Below are positions 25,567 to 35,047 of a DNA stretch of 56,925 nt, piece by piece. Source of the DNA: a bacterium HR35 (lineage in GTDB: Bacteria > Patescibacteriota > Minisyncoccia > UBA6257 > HR35). Position numbers and translations under genes: made by a program. Below the pieces are notes generated by a model. It saw only the letters and a list, made by a program, of their open reading frames with translations. It ran no database searches and was not told the origin of the DNA. Location of the stretch: contig BEIL01000001.1 in the NCBI GenBank assembly GCA_002898235.1, positions 191,041 through 247,965 of the forward strand. The letters are read 5' to 3'. Each line of letters opens with the position of its first letter. Within the stretch, counting starts at the first letter, position 1.

Positions 25567-26660
25567 TTTAAAAATAGATCTTTATAATTTTTTATCATTT
25601 TTCCCTTATTGTAGAAGTCTTTGATTTTCTCATATCCATTTTTTGATAATTGGGTTCTTAAATTTTCATCCTCAATTAAAGTTTTTATTTTTTCACAAAG
25701 GTTTTTTTCATTACCTAATTGAAATAATAATCCATCATTTTTATCTTCAACCAAGCCACTTATACCATGAACATTTGAAGCTATAACTGGTTTTTTTGAA
25801 GCCCAAGCCTCTAAAATAACTATTGGCAACCCCTCCCATTTACTGGAAAGAATAAAAATATCAGTATCAGCTAAAATTTCTTTTACATCTGTTCTATAAC
25901 CTAAAAACTTTATTTTATTTTCTAAACGCAAATTTTTTGTTAAATTTTCTAATTCTTCTCTCTCTGGACCATCTCCAATTATAAATAAGACAACATTTTC
26001 ATCTCTTAATAAATTCATAGCTTTAATAATTGTTGCTACATCTTTCTGATGATGAAGCCTGCAAATAGTTGTCAGGATAATAGTATTTTTATCCAGATTA
26101 AATTCTTCTCTTAAATTTTTGGAAGTAATATTCTCATAATCTTTGTAATTTATCCCATTTTCAATTAATAAAATATTTTTGTTCAATTTTAATTTTTTAG
26201 CTAAATTAAAATCATCCTTACCAACACACACAAGAAAATCAACTAAAAACCAGTTAGTAATTATTTCCCAAAAATAAAAAATTAAATTTTTAGGAAATTT
26301 ATATCTAACAAAGTGTATTCCATGAAGAACATAAACAAATTTAAAATTTTTTTTAAAAATTAAGAATTTTAAAATTGAAATTTTAAAATAAAAAGCAGCT
26401 CTTGTTCCATGAGCTACAATTATTTGAGGGTTTTCTTTTTTCACAAACTTTTTGATTCCTTCACAAATATTTTTTATTTTATTATTTTCTGGATAAAAAA
26501 TTTCAAAATCTTTTAACAACCCTTTGAATTCCTTTGTTGGTTCTTTAGGTAAATAAAAAATAAAATCGAATTCATTTTTTAAACTTAAAGCAATATCTAA
26601 AGCAACCTTTTCTCCTCCTGATAAATAATTACTACTTAAAATAAAAAGAATTTTATTCAT
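25554..26660 (-). CDS. GT4-family glycosyltransferase
   Basis: CRLHHQKD...WEGLPIVILEAWASKKPVIASNVHG. Confidence 0.8.
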   Translation of the reverse strand: MNKILFILSSNYLSGGEKVALDIALSLKNEFDFIFYLPKEPTKEFKGLLKDFEIFYPENNKIKNICEGIKKFVKKENPQIIVAHGTRAAFYFKISILKFLIFKKNFKFVYVLHGIHFVRYKFPKNLIFYFWEIITNWFLVDFLVCVGKDDFNLAKKLKLNKNILLIENGINYKDYENITSKNLREEFNLDKNTIILTTICRLHHQKDVATIIKAMNLLRDENVVLFIIGDGPEREELENLTKNLRLENKIKFLGYRTDVKEILADTDIFILSSKWEGLPIVILEAWASKKPVIASNVHGISGLVEDKNDGLLFQLGNEKNLCEKIKTLIEDENLRTQLSKNGYEKIKDFYNKGKMIKNYKDLFLKCLN

Positions 26661-27655
26661 AATAATTTACTTAAAATTTGTTTTGCCTTTTTATAACTTT
26701 CAGGATACTTTAATTTATAAACAAAAACTTTTGTTCTCCAAAATAATTTTCTCTGAATTATTCTTAAAAAATATTCAATTTTTCTATAAGGTTCAAATCC
26801 CAAGTAACTTAGCAAAAGAAAAAATAAAGAAAACCAATAAAAACCAATTTTTAAAGAGTTTTTAAAAGCTTTTCTTCTTTCAAGTAATTTATTAGCCAAA
26901 CAATAAAAATTACCTAGTCGAGAATACCAAATTTTTCTAACATATTTAATATAATTTAAAAATTTTTTATCTCCAATTTTTTTAATTGTTCCTTCATCAA
27001 ATTCATTAATTAAAGCTTCTATTCTTTTAACAAACTTCATAGCATCTTTATTTTCAACATAGGAGTTTTGGCTAGGATGGCGTGAATATAACGTTATTGG
27101 TTCTGGAGATAATAAGCTATGTCTTTTAAAATTATTCTTCACTATTAGATAACGAAAAATACAGCCTATTTCATCTACTTCTTCTGGTTTAAAATAATCT
27201 CCTTCTATTATAACTATTTTTCTAACTATCGTATTCACTGGTCCACCATGTTCTACATAGATAATTTTCTTTGTTTCTTCATCAAAAGTCCAGGCTAAAC
27301 TCGAAAGAATATCAATTTCTGGATGCTTCTCTAAATAATTTATTTTTAATTCTAAATATTCAGGATAATAAATATCATCTTGATCTAAAAAAGCTATATA
27401 TTCTCCCATTGCTTCTTTACAAGCTATAGTTCTTGGAATTGCTGGCCCTCCGGTGTTTTCTTTTAATTCAATTAATTTTATTCTAGAATCTTTTTGAGCA
27501 TATTCTTTTACTATTTTTACTGTTTTATCATTTGAAGCATCATCAACAATTATCATCTCCCAATCTTTAAAGGTTTGCCAAAGAACACTTTTTATTGCTC
27601 TTTCAATAAATTTTTCTCCGTTATAAGTTGGTGTAATTATGGATACTTTAGGCAT
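26657..27655 (-). CDS. GT2-family glycosyltransferase
   Basis: VSIITPTYNGEKFIERAIKSVLWQTFKDWEMIIVDDASND and LDQDD. Confidence 0.85.
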   Translation of the reverse strand: MPKVSIITPTYNGEKFIERAIKSVLWQTFKDWEMIIVDDASNDKTVKIVKEYAQKDSRIKLIELKENTGGPAIPRTIACKEAMGEYIAFLDQDDIYYPEYLELKINYLEKHPEIDILSSLAWTFDEETKKIIYVEHGGPVNTIVRKIVIIEGDYFKPEEVDEIGCIFRYLIVKNNFKRHSLLSPEPITLYSRHPSQNSYVENKDAMKFVKRIEALINEFDEGTIKKIGDKKFLNYIKYVRKIWYSRLGNFYCLANKLLERRKAFKNSLKIGFYWFSLFFLLLSYLGFEPYRKIEYFLRIIQRKLFWRTKVFVYKLKYPESYKKAKQILSKLL

Positions 27656-27657
27656 GA

Positions 27658-28659
27658 TTATTTAAAAAATAACGAAGCTTTTATATTTTCATATAATTTC
27701 CAAACTCTTAAATAAATTATTTTCCAAAAAAGAAAATTTAAGAAAAGATTAAATTTTAGAACTTTAAATTGAAACGTTGAGAAGTTTTTTAAATTAGCTT
27801 CAAATTTATTTATTTCTAAAATTTTACTTAAAATAAAATCAACCCTATGTTTATAAGTATGTTTTTCTAAAATTAACTTATAGCCTTCCTGGGCAATTTT
27901 TTCTCTTTCTTCATCATTTTTTAAATAATAATCTATTTTCTCTTTTAAATCTTTATATGTTCCATCGTAAACTACTAAATGTTTGTTATTTTCAAATAAT
28001 TCTTCAAAACCGTTATTTTTAATTTGATTGGTAATTAATAAAGTTCCTGAAGCCATTGCTTCAAATACTCTCATATTTATATCATTATTTACATTGTAAT
28101 TAATAACTATTTTGCTTTGAGAATATATTTCTCCTATTTTTTTACAATCAGCCGAGCTAATGAAAGAATTAGGATAATCTTTCTTTAGTTTTAATAAGAT
28201 TTTTCTTCTCCAGCCCACTCCTAGTTGACCTACAAAAGCTATATCATATATTTTTTCTAAATCTTTTTTACCATGCCAATCCAGATCAGCTGCTAATGGG
28301 AGCCAATAAACATAAGTATTAAACTTTTTAAATTTATCTACATACTCTTTTTGAGCAACAAAAATAATATCAAAACTTTTAGCCATTACTTTATCACAAA
28401 CAAAACTTGTATGAGAATCTATAATCCAAATAGCTTTCGGATGATAATTGATATCTAAAATATAATGAGAACTATCATCGATAGCTAAAATAAAATCTGG
28501 GTGAAGTTTTAAAATTTTATCTTTTTCCTTAAAAGACAAAACTTCAACTTGATAGTTTAATTTTACTAATTCCTTATAAATATACTGCCCAGTTGTACAG
28601 GAAAAATTCTTATTAAAAATTAAGGTGATTTTCATTATTATTAAAAATAAATCTGTCAA
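27658..28659 (-). CDS. CgeB-like/DUF3880-type glycosyltransferase
   Basis: MRVFEAMASGTLLITNQ and a C-terminal helical tail. The start may be internal (Met at 28635), given the overlap with the upstream gene. Confidence 0.5.
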   Translation of the reverse strand: MTDLFLIIMKITLIFNKNFSCTTGQYIYKELVKLNYQVEVLSFKEKDKILKLHPDFILAIDDSSHYILDINYHPKAIWIIDSHTSFVCDKVMAKSFDIIFVAQKEYVDKFKKFNTYVYWLPLAADLDWHGKKDLEKIYDIAFVGQLGVGWRRKILLKLKKDYPNSFISSADCKKIGEIYSQSKIVINYNVNNDINMRVFEAMASGTLLITNQIKNNGFEELFENNKHLVVYDGTYKDLKEKIDYYLKNDEEREKIAQEGYKLILEKHTYKHRVDFILSKILEINKFEANLKNFSTFQFKVLKFNLFLNFLFWKIIYLRVWKLYENIKASLFFK

Positions 28660-29776
28660 TTATTTGTTCATATTTTTTCAGCGATTCATTTTTTGTAAAA
28701 CTCAAGATTCTTTGCTTACCTTTAATAATAAATTGGTTTGATAATGTCTTATCGATTAATAATTTTTTTATAGCCTCTGCCATTTTTTCGTAATTTCTTA
28801 CAGGGACTAAAATCCCGTACTCCCCATTATTTAACAATTCCCTAGGGCCAAAATTACAATCAGTAGCAACAACAGGAACTTCACAAGCTAGAGCTTCGAT
28901 TAAAACAATTGGCATTCCTTCGTGAAAACTACTTAAAACAAAAACAGAACTATTTTTCATATATTTATAAGGATTTATTCTATGTCCTAACAGAAATATT
29001 TTATCATCCAGTTTTATTTCTTCTATATATTTTTCTATTTTATCTCTATCTGGACCTTCGCCAACTATTACTAAATAAGCATCAATTTCTTTTATTACGA
29101 TTGAGAAGGCTTTAATCAAAGTTAAAAAATCTTTTTGATTTAAATCGAGGCGGGATACAGATAAAACGATGGGCTTTTTTTGATTAAATATAGATTCATC
29201 AACTTTTTCTTGTTTTAAGGTGTTTATTTTTTCTAAATCAATAAAATTATATACAAAATTTACCTTTTTATTCCCAAATAAAGAACTTACATCTTCGGCA
29301 GCTTCTTTGCTTGCTGAAATTATTAAATCAACTTTTTTAAAAGCGCAAGCTGTTAATTTTTTAACAAATTTATTTTGCTTACTATATAAAGCTCTTGTAT
29401 TACCCTGTTCTATAAAGATTACCCTAGAGAAAGGATAAAAAATTTTTGCAATAAAAAAGAAAAAGGCATTCGAATGAGGGCCTCCACCAAAACAAATTAT
29501 TAAATCTGGTTTTATTTTAAAAATCTCTCTTCCAAATAAAAAGAAGAGCTTGAAGTAAAAAACCAAATTTCTTTTAAAAAAATAGGGTATTATTTTAATA
29601 TTTTCTTTTAAATCTTGATTAATATTTTTAATTTCAGATTTTTTAATTTTAGTATCTATTGTTAACAAAAATACATTATACTTATCTGCTAAATAATTAA
29701 TCAAAGAAAGAACTATTTTTTTACGTCCTCCTAAATCACCAAACCAATTATCTCCTATAAATAAAATTTTCTTCAT
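28613..29776 (-). CDS. GT4-family glycosyltransferase
   Basis: SRLDLNQKD...HEGMPIVLIEALACEVPVVATDCNFGPRE. Confidence 0.8.
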   Translation of the reverse strand: MKKILFIGDNWFGDLGGRKKIVLSLINYLADKYNVFLLTIDTKIKKSEIKNINQDLKENIKIIPYFFKRNLVFYFKLFFLFGREIFKIKPDLIICFGGGPHSNAFFFFIAKIFYPFSRVIFIEQGNTRALYSKQNKFVKKLTACAFKKVDLIISASKEAAEDVSSLFGNKKVNFVYNFIDLEKINTLKQEKVDESIFNQKKPIVLSVSRLDLNQKDFLTLIKAFSIVIKEIDAYLVIVGEGPDRDKIEKYIEEIKLDDKIFLLGHRINPYKYMKNSSVFVLSSFHEGMPIVLIEALACEVPVVATDCNFGPRELLNNGEYGILVPVRNYEKMAEAIKKLLIDKTLSNQFIIKGKQRILSFTKNESLKKYEQIIDRFIFNNNENHLNF

Positions 29777-30711
29777 TTTTTAAAGATTAAATTATCATAA
29801 ATAGCACCACAATTTATTTTTTGATAATAATTATCAAGTTTTTGAAAATAATCTTTTATTTTATCATAAGGTATATATTCTAAATCACCTTCTTCGTTTA
29901 TTGCATACATTTTATAGCCAAAATTTTTCAAAATTTCAATTGAATTTTTATAAACATCACTAAATGGTTTAAACCAAATTTCTATAGCAATAATAGGGTT
30001 ATAGTTTTTCAAAATTTCTTGAGAACCTCTTAAAACCATTTCTTCTGCTCCTTCAACATCAATTTTTACAAAATCTGGATAAATATTATTTTCAAAACAA
30101 AAATTATCTAAAGTTATTGATTCTACTTCTATTTCTTGATAAGGAATTTCTTTGAAAGCTAAATTTTCAGATTCAATATTTAATGTAGAAATGCCAGAAG
30201 AAAGAAGTGGCCTTGAATAAAATTTGATTTTACCTTCTTTATCTGAGACTGCTTTATTAATTATTCCAATATTTGGTCTTTTATTTCTTTCTAAAATTTT
30301 TAAAACATTGGGATCTGGCTCAAAAGCATAGATTTTAGAATTTGGCAATAAATTACTAACTAATAATGAAAACCACCCATAATGAGCACCTAAATCGAAA
30401 AATATCAAGTTTTCTTTTATTATATTTTTAATAATAAACAAATTTAATCTATATTCAGGATCCATGTATATATAAGCTCCATAATACAAAATGTCTTTTG
30501 ATTCTGGAAAAACAACATACATATGATCCCCAAAAATTGTTTTAGCTTTTTTTATTAGATAATATTTTTGCTTTAGAATTTTATTGAAAATAACAGTAAT
30601 TAAAACATCTCTAAAAGAAATAAATGGGTATTTTAAAAATCTTTTCCACAAAGGAAATCTATACTTTCTTGCTGAATGTTTAAGTTTTTTTATAAGCTCT
30701 TGTCTATCCAT
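29773..30711 (-). CDS. FkbM-family SAM-dependent methyltransferase
   Basis: FFDLGAHYGWFS, AFEPDPN and FVKIDVEGAEE. It is a paralogue of 24721-25566. Confidence 0.8.
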   Translation of the reverse strand: MDRQELIKKLKHSARKYRFPLWKRFLKYPFISFRDVLITVIFNKILKQKYYLIKKAKTIFGDHMYVVFPESKDILYYGAYIYMDPEYRLNLFIIKNIIKENLIFFDLGAHYGWFSLLVSNLLPNSKIYAFEPDPNVLKILERNKRPNIGIINKAVSDKEGKIKFYSRPLLSSGISTLNIESENLAFKEIPYQEIEVESITLDNFCFENNIYPDFVKIDVEGAEEMVLRGSQEILKNYNPIIAIEIWFKPFSDVYKNSIEILKNFGYKMYAINEEGDLEYIPYDKIKDYFQKLDNYYQKINCGAIYDNLIFKK

Positions 30712-31514
30712 TATTTAAAAAATAAAACCCCTATACCTGCCCAATTTTGTTTTGGATTTTTTATTATTTCTCTGTTCTTAAAATTATTTTTTATTTCTTT
30801 CCAAAAGACATCAACAAAACACTCGGAATCAATAGGATGTTTAGCTATATCATGAAAAGCAATAATTCCTCTTTTTTTAACTAAAGGTGAGTACATTTCA
30901 AAATCTTTTTTAACTCCTTCATAAGAATGGTCGCCATCAATAAAAAGAAAATCAAGCTGATTATTGCCTAAAATTTGTTTTACTTTTTCTAGAGTTTCTT
31001 GTTTATGTGAATCTTCTCTTAATAGATAAAGTTTTTGATTTTCTTTTTTAAAAGCTTGATAAATTAGTATTTTCCATTCAGGATAGCCTCCACCAAATGG
31101 TCCTTCAGGTAGATCAATTGAGATTATAGTCGCATCATTTCTAGCTAATTTACAAAAACAAAACAAAGTATCTCCGCCTGCAGTTCCAATTTCCATAACG
31201 TATTTAGGATTTTGTTCTTGAAAAATTTTTAGAAGTTCTACAAATTCTTCTTTAATTTGTATTGGTCTAATTAAACCTCCATAAAAATTCCAAGCAAAAT
31301 TAAAAATTTCTTCAGTATTATTTGAATTAAACGATTTTAAAAGTTGGATTACTTTTTCTTTATTTTTATAAGCTTTTTTATTAACTAAATTTTGTTTTAG
31401 AAGATTAAATCTATTTATAAATCTATTTATAGGAAATTTAATTGATTTTAAAATAAAAACTTTTGGTCCATAATTTTTCAAAACAAAAATTGATTTTCTT
31501 ATAAGCCTTAGCAT
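30711..31514 (-). CDS. class I SAM-dependent methyltransferase (CmcI/Methyltransf_24-like)
   Basis: MEIGTAGGDTL and FIDGDHSYEGVKKDFEMY...IAFHD. Confidence 0.6.
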   Translation of the reverse strand: MLRLIRKSIFVLKNYGPKVFILKSIKFPINRFINRFNLLKQNLVNKKAYKNKEKVIQLLKSFNSNNTEEIFNFAWNFYGGLIRPIQIKEEFVELLKIFQEQNPKYVMEIGTAGGDTLFCFCKLARNDATIISIDLPEGPFGGGYPEWKILIYQAFKKENQKLYLLREDSHKQETLEKVKQILGNNQLDFLFIDGDHSYEGVKKDFEMYSPLVKKRGIIAFHDIAKHPIDSECFVDVFWKEIKNNFKNREIIKNPKQNWAGIGVLFFK

Positions 31515-31589
31515 TTTAATTTATTTTATCAGATTTTTTAGAAATTTATTAAACAATCCCTAACCCAATTATTCCAATTTTTTGTTGTT

Positions 31590-31859
31590 TCATTTTAGAA
31601 GTTTATAAATCCAATTATGATGACCTATTAAATGAAAAATGACTTTTTTGTCTCCTGCAAAAGAAAAAATAACTCTGTATTTTCTATCTACTCGAAACGA
31701 CCATAAATTTTTTAGAGAATGCAATTTTTCTACTCTTAAAATGGGATTAAATGGTTGTCTTTCAAATAAGCTAATCTTTTTAAGAGCTTTCTTTTTTATT
31801 GAATCTGGCAATATATCAAAAGTTTTCTCGAATTTTTTAGTATAAATAATTTCTATCAT
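31590..31859 (-). CDS. RelE/ParE-superfamily type II toxin
   Basis: 89 aa. Reads YTKKFEKTFDILPDSIKKKALKKI...LWSFRVDRKYRVIFSFAGDKKVIFHLIGHH, the typical RelE/StbE-like pattern. Confidence 0.7.
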   Translation of the reverse strand: MIEIIYTKKFEKTFDILPDSIKKKALKKISLFERQPFNPILRVEKLHSLKNLWSFRVDRKYRVIFSFAGDKKVIFHLIGHHNWIYKLLK

Positions 31860-32095
31860 TAAATCAAATTCTTATATTTTTTATAAAGTTCTTTAATGTT
31901 TTTCACTCTACCCTTTTTATAATCGTTAATTGATTCTTTTAGGGAAGTTAAAAAATCTGGATTGTAAAAACCAAACAAATCTGCTAATTGTTCAAATTTA
32001 TCAGCATCGATTTTTATTATGTATTTACCTTTAATCTTTTTAATCTCTGCTTGTAATTGAGGCATTATTTTTGATAAATTTTTAATTTTGACCAA
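31859..32095 (-). CDS. putative antitoxin partner of the RelE-like toxin
   Basis: The stop overlaps the toxin start by 1 nt. Small helical protein. The start may be Met at 32065. Confidence 0.5.
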   Translation of the reverse strand: MVKIKNLSKIMPQLQAEIKKIKGKYIIKIDADKFEQLADLFGFYNPDFLTSLKESINDYKKGRVKNIKELYKKYKNLI

Positions 32096-32234
32096 GATGT
32101 AGTTCTAAAGATTCTTTAATGTTATTTAAAACTTCATCTAATGTTTTTCCTTGAGTAACTATAGGCAAATCTAAACATTCAGCAACATAATATTTTTCTC
32201 CTTTATAAATTTTGAAATAAATTGTTCTTTTCAT
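32082..32234 (-). CDS. HicB-like/UPF0150 antitoxin-fold protein (50 aa, below the ORF-track cutoff)
   Basis: Own translation: MKRTIYFKIYKGEKYYVAECLDLPIVTQGKTLDEVLNNIKESLELHLGQN. It is preceded by a tandem ATGTTATAAT ATGTTATAAT (extended -10-like). Confidence 0.65.
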   Translation of the reverse strand: MKRTIYFKIYKGEKYYVAECLDLPIVTQGKTLDEVLNNIKESLELHLGQN

Positions 32235-32347
32235 TTTTAAATTATAACATATTATAACATGTAATGAAATTTTAATTTTTTCTGGATTTACATCTATTTT
32301 AGGGCATTCTTTATTATTAATGTTTAATTATATAAAAATTTTGTAAT

Positions 32348-32515
32348 CTATCCTGACGGAACGAAAACATTTCTATAATCTTTTTCTGCTCTTTTTAGAC
32401 TTTTAATAAATTCTTCATTATATAAACCTAAAGCATTCATTAATCTTTCCCACTTGTTTCTATCAATAACTATCTTTATTTTCTTTTTGTTAATTTTTAT
32501 ATCCAAAGTTGCCAT
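32348..32515 (-). CDS. orphan antitoxin-like small protein, paralogue of 31859-32095 (55 aa, below the ORF-track cutoff)
   Basis: Own translation: MATLDIKINKKKIKIVIDRNKWERLMNALGLYNEEFIKSLKRAEKDYRNVFVPSG. It aligns with IIKIDADKFEQLADLFGFYNPDFLTSLKESINDYKKG. Confidence 0.5.
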   Translation of the reverse strand: MATLDIKINKKKIKIVIDRNKWERLMNALGLYNEEFIKSLKRAEKDYRNVFVPSG

Positions 32516-32538
32516 TATTAAATTATATCATTTTTTTA

Positions 32539-32781
32539 CTAAAAGAAACATTTGTGAGGTTCGCCTGATAAATTTATAATTTCAATTTTATAATTTTTTG
32601 ATTCAAGGAAATTAATTACTTTTTTAAGTTCATCAGCAGCGGCCCGAGTTAAAAAACTAACTCCTTCAAAATCCAAAATAATCTCTTTATCATTTAATTT
32701 CAAAATCTCATCTCTTAATTTAATTATCTCTGCTCTTAAAAATATTTGCTGACCTAAAATTTTTGAAACTTTAATAATCAT
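32539..32781 (-). CDS. STAS-like (DUF4325-type) small protein
   Basis: ILDFEGVSFLTRAAADELKK resembles the DUF4325/STAS core. Confidence 0.5.
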   Translation of the reverse strand: MIIKVSKILGQQIFLRAEIIKLRDEILKLNDKEIILDFEGVSFLTRAAADELKKVINFLESKNYKIEIINLSGEPHKCFF

Positions 32782-32888
32782 TTTATAAATTCAAGAAAAT
32801 TAAAGTATTTAAACTAAATTTATCTTCATATTTTAATTTTAGCAAGATTTTGAGGGTTTTTGGTTCGAGTAAATTGTGATAATTTAAT

Positions 32889-33257
32889 TTATTTTAATTT
32901 TTCAAAGAGTTTTTTTAAATAAGCTAAAATTTTCGGTAATTCTTGATAAATTTTATCTGCTAGTTCTTCGCTATAGATATGAGCTGTTTGATTTCTGAAA
33001 TCTATTATTCTTAACCAATAATCATCATAATCAATAATACCTTCTTGATAAGCAGAACGAAAACAACTTTTAGGTGAATGGCACTCAACTTTTTGATATT
33101 CCAATAAATATGCTTTTAAAGTTTTCCAAGCTAAATCAAAACAAATTTCAAATCTTTTTATTGCCGAATCGCGAGTTATTTCATTTTTCTCTTTATTAAG
33201 AATTTCTTCAAGACGTTTTAATGATTTTTCAAATTTTTTTAATAAATCTTCGAACAT
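32889..33257 (-). CDS. HEPN-domain protein (HI0074 nucleotidyltransferase substrate-binding family), toxin of a HEPN/MNT pair
   Basis: RDSAIKRFEICFDLAWKTLKAYL and the RNQTAH (Rx4-6H) motif. Confidence 0.8.
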   Translation of the reverse strand: MFEDLLKKFEKSLKRLEEILNKEKNEITRDSAIKRFEICFDLAWKTLKAYLLEYQKVECHSPKSCFRSAYQEGIIDYDDYWLRIIDFRNQTAHIYSEELADKIYQELPKILAYLKKLFEKLK

Positions 33258-33566
33258 TTAATTTATGTATTCAACTTTCTTTTTAGCAATTTTTTTAAAA
33301 TCTTCATCAACATTATTAAAGTCAACAAAATCTATTTTATAAAGAATTGGCAGATTTTCTAACTCTTCTTCAATTTTAAATTTTATCTCTACTGGAATTT
33401 CCGGACCTTCTATCCCAACATCTACATCTCCTCGGTCATCAAAATTTCCATAAACTCTTGAACCAAAGAAAAAAACTTTATATTTACTTAGATCTAAGTA
33501 TTTGTTTAATATTTTTAAAATTTCTTCTTTTAATTTGTCAGCTGGATAATATTTTAGTTCCATCAA
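33258..33566 (-). CDS. minimal nucleotidyltransferase (MNT), antitoxin of a HEPN/MNT pair
   Basis: FFFGSRVYGNFDDRGDVDVGI (GSx10-DxD). It directly abuts the HEPN gene. Confidence 0.8.
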   Translation of the reverse strand: MMELKYYPADKLKEEILKILNKYLDLSKYKVFFFGSRVYGNFDDRGDVDVGIEGPEIPVEIKFKIEEELENLPILYKIDFVDFNNVDEDFKKIAKKKVEYIN

Positions 33567-33598
33567 TTAAATTATAACTCTTTTTATCGAAAATAATA

Positions 33599-34117
33599 TT
33601 ATTTAACAACAATTTCTCCTTTAAATGATGGGTTTAAATGGTCATGATAATACCATTCACCAACTTCATTAAAAACAAAGCTCCATTTTTCACCTGGATT
33701 TAAGCCTCGGCAAGCATCAAAAATATTAGCTTGTTCTGGAGTACCGCATTTTTCAATACCTGAACCTGGATAAACACGATGCGTTGGATGAACTGCTGAT
33801 GCTGGCCAAGAAGGATTTGAAGATTCATTGACCCAAGTTACTTTTGTTCCTTTAGTTATTTCAATTTCTTTTGGCTCAAAACCATTGTTGGTAATTCTTA
33901 TGATAACTTCGGAAAGATTTTTAGGAGCTGCCTGTGTTTCGGTAGAAGTTGATGTTGTTGGTGCAGCTGGTGATTCTAGAGTTGGCGGAACTGGAGCTGA
34001 AGGTTGAGGTGATTCTGGGGCTACGGAAGGTGTTCTATATTTAGTAAAAAAATAATAACCGACTCCTAATAAAATGACTAAAGTAACTGCTACAAATATA
34101 ATTAAGTTTTTTTGCAT
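33599..34117 (-). CDS. membrane-anchored cupredoxin-like domain protein
   Basis: TM helix, Pro/Thr/Ser linker, then FEPKEIEITKGTKVTWVNES...GEWYYHDHLNPSFKGEIVV. Copper ligands were not confidently identified. Confidence 0.45.
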   Translation of the reverse strand: MQKNLIIFVAVTLVILLGVGYYFFTKYRTPSVAPESPQPSAPVPPTLESPAAPTTSTSTETQAAPKNLSEVIIRITNNGFEPKEIEITKGTKVTWVNESSNPSWPASAVHPTHRVYPGSGIEKCGTPEQANIFDACRGLNPGEKWSFVFNEVGEWYYHDHLNPSFKGEIVVK

Positions 34118-34131
34118 CGAAGGTTAATTTA

Positions 34132-34752
34132 TTAACTTACGGCCTTTTTATAATTTTCTTCTATTTTTTCCCAATTAACAACATTCCACCAATTTTGAAT
34201 ATATTCATTTCTTCGATTTTGATATTTTAAATAATAAGCATGTTCCCAAACATCAAGTCCCATAATTGGCAAATCTCCATTCATTAACGGATTATCTTGA
34301 TTTGGCAAAGAATAAACTTTTAATTTTTTATCTGGAGTAACAACTAGCCAAGCCCAACCAGAACCAAAATGTTTTAAGGCAGTCTCTGAAAATAAATTTT
34401 TAAAATTTTCAAAAGAACCAAAATTTTCTTCAATAGCTTTTTTAAGATCACCAGTTGGTTCACCTCCACCGTTGGGTTTCATTATCTCCCAAAAGAGTGA
34501 ATGATTATAATGTCCTCCACCATTATTTCTTACGGCTGTTCTTATATCTTCTGGAAGTTGGTTTAAGTTTCTTAAAATTTCTTCTAATTCAACATTTTGC
34601 CACTCAGAATATTTTTCTAAAGCTGAATTTAAATTATTAATATAACCTTGATGATGCTTAGTATGATGAATTTCCATCGTCATTTTATCAATATAAGGCT
34701 CGAGGGCATCATAGGAATATGTAAGCGATGGTAAAGAATAAGGATATTTCAT
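34132..34752 (-). CDS. sodA: Fe/Mn superoxide dismutase
   Basis: [31 protein letters not shown] and [15 protein letters not shown]. Confidence 0.9.
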   Translation of the reverse strand: MKYPYSLPSLTYSYDALEPYIDKMTMEIHHTKHHQGYINNLNSALEKYSEWQNVELEEILRNLNQLPEDIRTAVRNNGGGHYNHSLFWEIMKPNGGGEPTGDLKKAIEENFGSFENFKNLFSETALKHFGSGWAWLVVTPDKKLKVYSLPNQDNPLMNGDLPIMGLDVWEHAYYLKYQNRRNEYIQNWWNVVNWEKIEENYKKAVS

Positions 34753-35047
34753 TTGTAAATAAAAAATTAAAAATTATTTCGACCTTAATTCTATTAATTG
34801 TTTTTAATTATAAATCAAAAAATTATTTTAAGTATTCTAATATTACTCTTTCTACATTTTTATAGCAAATTTTTTCTATAAAACCACTTCTTTTAATTCC
34901 TCGGTAACATTTACAAATTCGGATTAAAGTAAAATATAGAAACCTCCACAATATTGATTTATTTTAATTTATATTTATTTTTATTTTTTAATTTTACTAA
35001 ATAACTTTCCAAAGATTTTTAGCTTTTTGTAATTTCCAATAACTTTG

